This document shows, one piece after another, positions 52,894 through 60,556 of a stretch of DNA of 64,000 nucleotides. The stretch is from a virus (lineage: Duplodnaviria > Caudoviricetes). Numbering within the stretch: the stretch's first letter is position 1; each line of letters opens with the position of its first letter. Both the position numbers and the translations under genes were made by a program. The DNA is taken from the IMG/VR virus record IMGVR_UViG_3300007171_000004, positions 64,001 to 128,000 of that record. One strand, written 5' to 3'. The notes under the pieces were generated by a model that ran no database searches, was not told the DNA's origin, and was given only the letters and a program-made list of their open reading frames with translations.

Positions 52894-54607
52894 GCTCTTT
52901 TGCCTTTTTGTAAACAATTTGACTATATTCTTTTATATCATCATTTGTAGATTCTAGCAAGCCGGTCAACATTTCAATATTATTAGACTCGCTAGATTCT
53001 TGAAGAGATTTTTTCATATCAGTTAAATCTTCTACTATATGTCGTGGCAATACATCTGTTCTCAACAATTCCTCAATCTGAATAATCCTGTCTGTCAATT
53101 GAGATTTAATGTTAGAAATTTCCAAGAATAATTTATCATCATTTTTATTATTTTCAGCTTCTTGGATTAGCTTTTGAATTTGGTCGCTTGTCAAAGATGA
53201 TGAACCTTCAAGAGTAAGATATTTTGAAATTCCAGAATCCTCATCTTTTGCCATAACTGAAAGAATACCATTAGAATCAATTTCAAATGTAACTTCGATT
53301 TTTGGCACACCTCTAGAAGCTTTTTTAATACCATCTAATGTAATCTTTCCCAATAAATGATTAAAAACTGCCTGTGGTCTTTCGCCTTGATAAATTGAGA
53401 CATCTACTTTTTCCTGATTATCAAAAGCTGTAGTAAATGTTTCTGTTACTTCTGCTGGAATTGATGAGTTTCTTTTAATCATAACATTCATCAAACCACC
53501 CTGAGTTTCAATTCCAAGAGATAAGGGAGTGACATCTACAAGAAAAATCACCTTATCACTATTTCCAGACAAAATATTTGCTTGAATAGCTGCTCCGATT
53601 GCCACAGCCTCATCTGGGTTAATAGACTTGTTAGGATTCTTGTTTGTCCATGCTTTTACAGATTCAGATATATATGGAACTCTAGTTGACCCACCTACAA
53701 AAACTACTTCATCAATATCATGAAACTTAAGACCAGCATCAAAAAGTGCTTGATCTACACATTTTTTAGTTTTATCAATTAAACTTTGAATTTTACCTTG
53801 AAACTCTTCCCTATTAATTGTTACTTTTAAATTAATTGGTTTGCCATCGATAAATTCATAATAAGGTATAGATACATTAGTTTCTGTTTTGAATGATAGT
53901 TCTTTTTTAGCTTTTTCTGCTGCATTTCTTAATCTAGGATCATTACTTTGATTAACACCATGTTTTTCTACAATTAGATCTACTAAACATTTATCAAAGT
54001 CATCGCCACCTAATTCTGTGTCACCTGAGGTACTTAAAACATGAAAATCCATTCCTTCAGCGATTTTAAGTACAGTAACATCAAAAGTTCCTCCGCCTAA
54101 ATCGTATACAAGAATAGTTTGATTAAGATTCTTATCTAAACCATAAGCAAGAGAAGCAGCTGTAGGTTCATTTATGATTCTGGAAACTCTAAGACCAGCT
54201 AATTCTGCAGCAACTTTAGTGGCTTTTCTTTGGTCATTATTAAAATATGCAGGAACGGTTATAACAGCAGAATCGATAGTGTCACCAATAAATGTTTCTG
54301 CATCTTTTTTAAGTTTTGATAAAATAAATGAGGAGATTTGCTCCGGTGAATATTCTTTATTATTTAGGACATATGTAAAATTTTTGCCCATATTTCTTTT
54401 AACAGATCTTATAGTTTCAGCTGGATTTTCATTTTCATTATCAACTGCAGAAAGACCAACTAAAATTTCTTGCCCGGCAAATGACACAACAGATGGAGTA
54501 GTGCGAAATCCTTCTTCATTTGTTAAAACTTGTGGATTACCGTTATTATCAATATAAGCTACTACAGAATTAGTTGTTCCTAAATCAATTCCTACTGTTA
54601 CTGGCAT
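52874..54607 (-). CDS. dnaK: Hsp70 chaperone DnaK (577 aa)
   Basis: GIDLGTTNS, AVITVPAYFNNDQR, INEPTAASLAYG, VYDLGGGTFDV, FVGGSTRVP, DVTPLSLG, GVPKIEVTFEIDSNGIL. GAGG SD. Confidence 0.97.
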   Translation of the reverse strand: MPVTVGIDLGTTNSVVAYIDNNGNPQVLTNEEGFRTTPSVVSFAGQEILVGLSAVDNENENPAETIRSVKRNMGKNFTYVLNNKEYSPEQISSFILSKLKKDAETFIGDTIDSAVITVPAYFNNDQRKATKVAAELAGLRVSRIINEPTAASLAYGLDKNLNQTILVYDLGGGTFDVTVLKIAEGMDFHVLSTSGDTELGGDDFDKCLVDLIVEKHGVNQSNDPRLRNAAEKAKKELSFKTETNVSIPYYEFIDGKPINLKVTINREEFQGKIQSLIDKTKKCVDQALFDAGLKFHDIDEVVFVGGSTRVPYISESVKAWTNKNPNKSINPDEAVAIGAAIQANILSGNSDKVIFLVDVTPLSLGIETQGGLMNVMIKRNSSIPAEVTETFTTAFDNQEKVDVSIYQGERPQAVFNHLLGKITLDGIKKASRGVPKIEVTFEIDSNGILSVMAKDEDSGISKYLTLEGSSSLTSDQIQKLIQEAENNKNDDKLFLEISNIKSQLTDRIIQIEELLRTDVLPRHIVEDLTDMKKSLQESSESNNIEMLTGLLESTNDDIKEYSQIVYKKAKEHVTQKL

Positions 54608-54633
54608 ATTAAACCTCTTTTAATATATTGTAC

Positions 54634-54649
54634 AGGATATTATATCTTA
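54634..54649 (-). promoter_or_regulatory. 16-bp near-palindromic element containing TATAAT upstream of dnaK (copy 1)
   Basis: Minus strand TAAGATATAATATCCT, identical to 56682..56697. Confidence 0.7.
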
Positions 54650-54653
54650 GATT

Positions 54654-54662
54654 TGGTACAAT
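54654..54662 (+). promoter_or_regulatory. Extended -10 promoter candidate (TGgTACAAT), divergent from dnaK
   Basis: TGn plus TACAAT about 70 nt upstream of the 54732 small ORF. Confidence 0.45.
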
Positions 54663-54731
54663 AGATGAGGGTAATCACTGTAGATTCTCACTCCATATTG
54701 TTGTGGATATTAACATATAAAGGAGAAGGAT

Positions 54732-54803
54732 ATGAGAATCTTTAAAGACATGGAAAAAATGTTCGGTGAAGTGATTGATATGTTGTTTAAATTAGAGTTG
54801 TAA
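54732..54803 (+). CDS. Unannotated small ORF, 23 aa: MRIFKDMEKMFGEVIDMLFKLEL
   Basis: Strong AAGGAG/AAGGA SD immediately upstream, candidate promoter, and a terminator 4 nt after the stop. Confidence 0.6.
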   Translation: MRIFKDMEKMFGEVIDMLFKLEL

Positions 54804-54807
54804 ATAC

Positions 54808-54837
54808 AAAAAGGAGCTTAACTTTAAGCTCCTTTTT
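54808..54837. terminator. Bidirectional intrinsic terminator between the small ORF and the helicase
   Basis: AAAAAGGAGCTTA-ACTT-TAAGCTCCTTTTT, a perfect 13-bp inverted repeat. Confidence 0.88.
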
Positions 54838-54838
54838 C

Positions 54839-56680
54839 TTATTCAGCCTTTATGGGATAATATTGCCATGCTCTTTCATTCCTATAAACTCTTGCTCTTA
54901 AATTTGAATGAGTTTTAAGGTTTTTATGATTAACTTTAAAATCAACAATAATAGCATTAGGTTTTCCATTTTCAGCAGATTGTTTAGCATCCATACCTAC
55001 ACATCTCAAAACTCTTCCAACTTGCTGATACGTAGTGATTGGAGAACTGCTACTTCCTGCTAATATAAGAGCTGTAATTTTGGGAGCATCAACACCAACA
55101 TTTGCCCATTGAGTTGCTATAAGAATAATTTCATTGTTTTCAACTTTATTTAGCATCCTTCGGCGATAATTTTTCTCTTCATCTGATGGATCTAATTCCC
55201 CCTTATCCCCTCCTGGCACAAAAACTGCATTTTCAATAATCTCTTCTAAAAGATTACCATGCTCCATTCTTTCTACTAAAATAAGGGTCGGAGTACCATT
55301 ATCTTTAAATGTCTCAGCAAATTGTTTAATTCTATAGTTTCTTTCAGTGTTTTTGATTATATTAAGTTCATAAGCTTCTTGATATGTTTGAGCTTCGTGA
55401 TGTTCTTTAATTTCACATTGGAAGATTTTAGGTGGTACTAGAAAACCTCTTTCCACTAAATCACTTGCAGAAACTTCAATAATTTTTTGACCTAACGTAC
55501 CTTCAATTCGAATTTCTTGATTGTCAGTACGATAGGGAGTAGCTGAAAGTCCTCCACGAATAGTTGCATTTACAGCATATTTACCAATCTCTTCTATAAT
55601 AACAGATGCTATATGTGCCTCGTCAACAATATAAGCCTGACATGCAGTAACTAAATCTCTAATTTTGTTTTTATCTTCTGAAGTTGCCATTCTGTTTTGA
55701 TATACAGAATCTGCCTTTTTGAAGTTGTTATTTTGAAGTTTTATTAATGAGTCATATTTTCTCGAATATTCTTTAAGCTTTAGATCTAAATCTTTTTGAG
55801 CTTTATTTAATATTCTTTGATTTTTAGTATCCAAATTATCCTGAAATAAATTAGTTAGTTCTTCAAATTTAGCTTGTAATGAATCAATTTCTAACTGAAG
55901 ACTTTTAAGTTGGTTTTTAGCACTTCTCTTAGCAATAGAAAGATCTTTAAGTGCTTTCTCATATTCTTCTTCGATTTGAGCATTTGATTTCCTAACACCA
56001 TCTGAAGGAGCTATGTCAACAACCTTGTATTGACTTTCAACATACTTCTTATCATATGCGCCTAAAACTGTTTGATAAGTTACTACGTTTATGCCTTCCA
56101 TGTTTAAATCACAAATGCTATCACCTGCGATTCCAACTTTTACTGGTTTTCCATCTAACCTTAAGTACTTTTCAAATTCTTTTTTAGTTTGTTTGAGAAG
56201 TTCAAGAGCTGGAACTACAAAAATAACTGGAGCAACTTTAAGCTTTGAAAAAATATAACAAGAAGTCATAGTTTTACCAGCACCAGTAGCTAATGAAAGT
56301 ATGCCACCATTTTGCTTATAAAACTCATCTCCTGCTTTGATTTGATAATCTCTTAATGTCTTTGGACCAAAATCACAAGTAAATGGGTAATTTCGTTGAA
56401 TATCGGGCCTTTTATCGACCGTTTCAAATTCAACATTAAGATTCTGCAATAGATTCTTGACTTTTGGATATAAACCTATTGGAAATGTGCCGAATTTCTT
56501 GTTGTAAAGTGATATTTTGCCATCCCATTGTCCAAGTTTATATTTTGGACTCCAATCGGCATTTGGTTGTATATAAGATAATTCATCTCTTATTACAGAA
56601 TGTAGGCTATATAAAACATGAGGGTCAGATAGATTAAAGTCTATCTGACACCTTTCATTAAATAAGTTTATTACTATCAC
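54839..56680 (-). CDS. Superfamily 2 DNA helicase, UvsW-like, with a long coiled-coil insertion (613 aa, GTG start)
   Basis: N-terminal YKLGQWDGKISLY, LRDYQ, ATGAGKT, TYQT, VDEAH, GLSATP, LVERMEHG, ATQWANVGVDAP, QQVGRVLR. Confidence 0.85.
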   Translation of the reverse strand: MIVINLFNERCQIDFNLSDPHVLYSLHSVIRDELSYIQPNADWSPKYKLGQWDGKISLYNKKFGTFPIGLYPKVKNLLQNLNVEFETVDKRPDIQRNYPFTCDFGPKTLRDYQIKAGDEFYKQNGGILSLATGAGKTMTSCYIFSKLKVAPVIFVVPALELLKQTKKEFEKYLRLDGKPVKVGIAGDSICDLNMEGINVVTYQTVLGAYDKKYVESQYKVVDIAPSDGVRKSNAQIEEEYEKALKDLSIAKRSAKNQLKSLQLEIDSLQAKFEELTNLFQDNLDTKNQRILNKAQKDLDLKLKEYSRKYDSLIKLQNNNFKKADSVYQNRMATSEDKNKIRDLVTACQAYIVDEAHIASVIIEEIGKYAVNATIRGGLSATPYRTDNQEIRIEGTLGQKIIEVSASDLVERGFLVPPKIFQCEIKEHHEAQTYQEAYELNIIKNTERNYRIKQFAETFKDNGTPTLILVERMEHGNLLEEIIENAVFVPGGDKGELDPSDEEKNYRRRMLNKVENNEIILIATQWANVGVDAPKITALILAGSSSSPITTYQQVGRVLRCVGMDAKQSAENGKPNAIIVDFKVNHKNLKTHSNLRARVYRNERAWQYYPIKAE

Positions 56681-56681
56681 G

Positions 56682-56697
56682 AGGATATTATATCTTA
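56682..56697 (-). promoter_or_regulatory. 16-bp near-palindromic element containing TATAAT upstream of the helicase (copy 2)
   Basis: Identical to 54634..54649. TATAAT lies 6 nt before the GTG start, and there is no SD. Confidence 0.7.
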
Positions 56698-56704
56698 TAG
56701 TTCT

Positions 56705-57148
56705 TTATGCTGCAAATTTCATAATTCCAATTTGAACATCTCTACTAGATTTATTCTCAATCATTCCAAGAGTTGTGACAATCAAATCTTTAACAATTTC
56801 ATATTCAGAATCAGAGAGTTCAATATTATTCTTGCTTGCTACAATCTTAATAAATCTAAGAAATGAATCAGCTTTATCATTTTCATCAAAAGTGCCGTCA
56901 ACACAAGATTTTAAACCCTCTGCCCAAGCATCAATAATAATAACTGCTTTTGGCCCTAATTGAGCCGCTAATACACTTTTGACAATTAATAGAGCTTTAT
57001 AAACAAAATCACTTTCTCTTGTAAATCTTCTTGCAATGTGAGGAGCCAAAATAATTACCAGAGCTGTGCAAATTAATAAAGTTAAATGTTCTTGAACCGC
57101 ATGTAGTAATAGTTGCTTAATTTTTAAAGCAGTGAATAGTTGAGACAT
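56705..57148 (-). CDS. Membrane-anchored hypothetical protein (147 aa), possibly holin-like
   Basis: One clear N-terminal hydrophobic helix (LTLLICTALVIILAP) followed by helical soluble region. The holin idea is weak inference. Confidence 0.55.
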   Translation of the reverse strand: MSQLFTALKIKQLLLHAVQEHLTLLICTALVIILAPHIARRFTRESDFVYKALLIVKSVLAAQLGPKAVIIIDAWAEGLKSCVDGTFDENDKADSFLRFIKIVASKNNIELSDSEYEIVKDLIVTTLGMIENKSSRDVQIGIMKFAA

Positions 57149-57149
57149 T

Positions 57150-57365
57150 CTAGCAATCCTTAGCGATTACATCATCTCCTGTATCGGATGCTTCTGGGTC
57201 AAGAAATACATCAGCAACGACAGGAATTTCCAAAACATCCTTTACTACAATAGATTGAGCTTCAGGCGCATCGGTGGTCTCTTCAACTTCCGACGCTTGT
57301 ACTTCTTCACCTTCTACATCTGTAAACTGTTCAATTCTTCCGGTAGCACGTTTAATCATAGACAT
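57150..57365 (-). CDS. Small acidic hypothetical protein (71 aa)
   Basis: AGGAG SD; very Asp/Glu-rich. Confidence 0.7.
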   Translation of the reverse strand: MSMIKRATGRIEQFTDVEGEEVQASEVEETTDAPEAQSIVVKDVLEIPVVADVFLDPEASDTGDDVIAKDC

Positions 57366-57376
57366 TGTTTTTTCTC

Positions 57377-58378
57377 CTATTTTAAAGTAGACACATAATT
57401 TTGCAAGATATCTTTTTGTTCTTGAGACAGATTCTTAGGTGTTTTATACACTACATTAATTACGAAATCTGTTCTTGCGTTCTCATTCTTAAATAAGCCC
57501 TTTTGAGATAAATTAAACTTTTGACCATTAGTAGTATATTCTTTCATTTTAATTGTAGTTTTACCGCCTTCAGGCAAATCAACTTCAACATCTTTACCTA
57601 ATATTGCTACTACTGGATCAATTTCAAAATCAAGTTTTACATTACCATTTCTATCAAATTCAAAATGTCCAACATCTGTAAGTTCAAAATCTATAATTAC
57701 TGGTCCAGGATCAATTGTTCTATTCTCTTGATTACCCTTACCTTTAATAAATTGAGAATTGAAAATCGATCCTTTTTTAACTTCTATTTCAATTGTTTCT
57801 GAAACTAATTTTAAGCCAGAAGAATTACAATCAGAACAATTTGATGTATATCTAGAACCTTTGCCTTGACAAGAACCGCAAGGAGTAATGAATTGCTGTG
57901 TAAACATACCTTGGCGGATTTGCTTAACTACATTTCCTGCACCATTGCATTCTTTACAAGTAATTTTTTCTCCTAAACCACCATTGCCATTACACTTCAC
58001 GCAAAAAACATTTCTATTAAATGTGACATTTTTTTTGAAATTTTTGAAAGATTCTGCTAATGTAATGTTAACTCTAATAGAAACTGGAGAATTTTCCATC
58101 CTATTCTGTCTCTGATGCCCGAAGGGATTAAAGTCAAAATCAAATCCAAATGGCATTCCTCCTCCAAAAGGACTACCATGCTGCTCTGCTTCATACCTAG
58201 CTTTTTTCTGAGGATCTGTCAAAATAGAATAAGCCTCACCTATTTGCTTGAATTTATCTTCAGCATCGGGAGACTTATTAACATCTGGATGATATTCTCT
58301 AGCTAATTTACGATAAGCTGATTTAATTTCATCAGCTGTAGCATTTTCATTTAAACCAAGAACTTCATATGGATTCAT
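57377..58378 (-). CDS. dnaJ: DnaJ (class A) co-chaperone (333 aa)
   Basis: J-domain with YHPD, short G/F region, four zinc motifs (CVKCNGNG, CKECNGAG, CGSCQGKG, CSDCNSSG) and C-terminal domains. Confidence 0.95.
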   Translation of the reverse strand: MNPYEVLGLNENATADEIKSAYRKLAREYHPDVNKSPDAEDKFKQIGEAYSILTDPQKKARYEAEQHGSPFGGGMPFGFDFDFNPFGHQRQNRMENSPVSIRVNITLAESFKNFKKNVTFNRNVFCVKCNGNGGLGEKITCKECNGAGNVVKQIRQGMFTQQFITPCGSCQGKGSRYTSNCSDCNSSGLKLVSETIEIEVKKGSIFNSQFIKGKGNQENRTIDPGPVIIDFELTDVGHFEFDRNGNVKLDFEIDPVVAILGKDVEVDLPEGGKTTIKMKEYTTNGQKFNLSQKGLFKNENARTDFVINVVYKTPKNLSQEQKDILQNYVSTLK

Positions 58379-58386
58379 GTATGTTA

Positions 58387-59064
58387 TTATACATTAATTT
58401 TTTGCAGCAAAGATTTAATTTTATTGGATGGGCATACTGAATTTTCACCAATAGCAATATCTGCATGTTCGCCTGTAACACCAATAACTAAGCCGTAAAC
58501 CAATCCATCTGTACCAATAACCATACCACCAGAGATACCTTGCAAAATATCAGCATCAATAAAAATTAAATCTGACCAAGCTGGAGAATCTGCATTTCGA
58601 ACCGTTTGATGAATATTAGAAATTCTACCAACAGTTGCAGTATCATGCCATCCCTCTGGCGATCCAATAGCTGCAATAATATCTCCTACTTCAGCAGTGT
58701 CAGAATCTGCTAAACTGACTGCTGTGACAGAATCTGGAATATCTTCGCAATAAAGAATCGCTACGTCTAGATTTGGCTGGGAATCAATTACTCTTGCTCC
58801 AAATGAATTTTTACCATCAAAACTAACTTGCAACCCCATGTAATTATTAATAAGTTTAGGAGGAGCAACGTGTGATGCTGTAGCAATTAACCCATTGCCA
58901 ATATGAAATCCACTACCAGTCCATTGCTCTTTACCATCTTTAACAAAAATTGTACATGATGCTGCAATTGCATTTTGGATGACAATCTTAATTGGATCAT
59001 CAACTTTATTTTGAGCTTCTCTTAAGAACATCTCAACCATATTTGCATCTAAACGTAGCGACAT
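58387..59064 (-). CDS. Trypsin-like serine protease (S1C/HtrA-like catalytic domain, no PDZ, no signal peptide)
   Basis: GSGF, triad His in ATASHV, Asp in LDVAIL, Ser in QGISGG; GDIIAAIGSP; IGRIS. Confidence 0.88.
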   Translation of the reverse strand: MSLRLDANMVEMFLREAQNKVDDPIKIVIQNAIAASCTIFVKDGKEQWTGSGFHIGNGLIATASHVAPPKLINNYMGLQVSFDGKNSFGARVIDSQPNLDVAILYCEDIPDSVTAVSLADSDTAEVGDIIAAIGSPEGWHDTATVGRISNIHQTVRNADSPAWSDLIFIDADILQGISGGMVIGTDGLVYGLVIGVTGEHADIAIGENSVCPSNKIKSLLQKINV

Positions 59065-59068
59065 AAAT

Positions 59069-59533
59069 TTAATACCCTAGAATTTTATACTCAATCTCAT
59101 CAAATGTCAAAGTGCCAAATCTTCTTGAATCATCAGAATGAAATGTGTTATCACCCAAAACATAATAATGATTTTTTGGAACTCTTGTAATTGTCAATAA
59201 AGAACCATAGACTTTTTTAAACTCTAATAATTCTTTTGTGTCGTAGCCTTCAAGTAAAATAGCGTTTGTATTTTCTAAGTCAAGCAAAGAAGCATAACTA
59301 TCTCCACCTACATACTTGACTCTTTTTATAATCGCATCTTCACCCTCTAGATTACAAACAACAATATCATTTTTCTTGATATCTTTAGTTTTATAACCAA
59401 TTAATATTTGACCATGATGAAGAGTGGGATACATCGAATTGCCTCTTACAACAATTACTCTGAATGGCCTGTAGTATATTAATAACAAACAAGCCAAACT
59501 CAATACCGTAGTCAAAATAAATTTAAGCTTCAT
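59069..59533 (-). CDS. lepB: Signal peptidase I (S26)
   Basis: N-terminal TM helix; catalytic Ser in GNSMYPTL; catalytic Lys in IIKRV; YYVLGDN...SDDSRRFG box. Confidence 0.92.
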   Translation of the reverse strand: MKLKFILTTVLSLACLLLIYYRPFRVIVVRGNSMYPTLHHGQILIGYKTKDIKKNDIVVCNLEGEDAIIKRVKYVGGDSYASLLDLENTNAILLEGYDTKELLEFKKVYGSLLTITRVPKNHYYVLGDNTFHSDDSRRFGTLTFDEIEYKILGY

Positions 59534-59584
59534 AGTCCTCTCCTTTTATGCGTGTAGAGAAGGACATTTTTGTTTTTTAAGCCC

Positions 59585-60499
59585 TTAATTAAATTTCATA
59601 TTAGCGTATTTAGGGACACCAAATCCCCAATCACCAGTTCTTCCAACTGTGATGTTTTGAGATTCTAATGAAGAAATATCATCTAATCTCTGAAGCATAT
59701 CCTTATAATCACAAATAGGCTTCAAGTTTGGATTTTTTCTTGTCCATGCTAACATCAACGCACAGACTCCAGCAATAAATGGACAAGCTTGTGATGTGCC
59801 ATTTAATTTAGCATATCCATTGTCCTTATAAGTTGAATAAATATCTACTCCAGGAGCAATCGCATCCACTTCTGGACCATGACTTGAAAAATGCGCCATG
59901 TTCCCTCTAGCATCTAAAGCAGCAACTGCAATCACTTCTTCAAATCTAGCTGGATAATTTACAGCTCCAGCGTCATTGCCAGCAGCAGCAATCATAATTA
60001 CCCCAGCATCTGCAGCTCTCTTAATAGCAGTATAGAGTTCTGGAGGAGCAGAAGATGCACCCAAAGACATGCTGATAATATCCACATTGCAATCTACAGC
60101 AGCATTAATTCCAGCAATAATATTATCATAAGATCCATTACCACCATTACCCAAAACCTTGACTGGAAGAATTTTTGCTTTAGGAGCTACACCAACAACG
60201 CCAAAATCATTATTAGCTGCTGCAATGATTCCAGCACAGTGAGTTCCGTGGCCATTCCAGTCCTTATCATCTGATTCACCTGAAAAATTTAAAGCTGGCA
60301 ATAGATTATCTCTTAAATCGGAGTGGTTCCATACACCAGTGTCGAGAACAGCAATTGTAATACCATCGCCCTCAGTATAAGCCCAAGCACCAGGAATATT
60401 GGATTGCATCAAGCCCCAGTCTGTAGTTTGACTGAGAGTTTGCATCACATGAATCGGTTGCATCTCAATATCTGGAATAAACTGAATTTCTTTATCCAT
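59585..60499 (-). CDS. Subtilisin-family (S8) serine protease, no signal peptide (304 aa)
   Basis: Asp in AVLDTG, His in GHGTHCAG, oxyanion Asn in AAAGND, Ser in NGTSQACP. GGAG SD. Confidence 0.95.
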   Translation of the reverse strand: MDKEIQFIPDIEMQPIHVMQTLSQTTDWGLMQSNIPGAWAYTEGDGITIAVLDTGVWNHSDLRDNLLPALNFSGESDDKDWNGHGTHCAGIIAAANNDFGVVGVAPKAKILPVKVLGNGGNGSYDNIIAGINAAVDCNVDIISMSLGASSAPPELYTAIKRAADAGVIMIAAAGNDAGAVNYPARFEEVIAVAALDARGNMAHFSSHGPEVDAIAPGVDIYSTYKDNGYAKLNGTSQACPFIAGVCALMLAWTRKNPNLKPICDYKDMLQRLDDISSLESQNITVGRTGDWGFGVPKYANMKFN

Positions 60500-60556
60500 T
60501 TTTAGTCTCCAATTGTTTACTAATTATTTATTCTTGAAACCTAACCAGAATAACTT

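Noticed and set aside
54608-54730. CIRCE/HrcA or sigma32 heat-shock element upstream of dnaK
   Set aside because: Neither TTAGCACTC-N9-GAGTGCTAA nor a CTTGAA/CCCCAT pair is present.
54665-54745. Alternative 26-aa ORF MRVITVDSHSILLWILTYKGEGYENL overlapping the small ORF
   Set aside because: No SD, and its ATG is only 2 nt after the candidate -10, so it is probably upstream of the transcription start. Kept only as a possible leader ORF.
56705-57148. Firm holin call / lysis cassette
   Set aside because: A single TM helix only, and no endolysin or spanin recognised in the window.
3416-58306. The many short antisense or out-of-frame ORFs in the track (e.g. 3416..3610, 9051..9251, 12484..12705, 13109..13707, 21151..21417, 50755..51886 set, 54174..54557, 57888..58306)
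   Set aside because: They lie wholly within well-supported genes, lack SD sites and motifs, and are expected shadows. The cluster at 50755-51886 reflects the host gene's codon bias.
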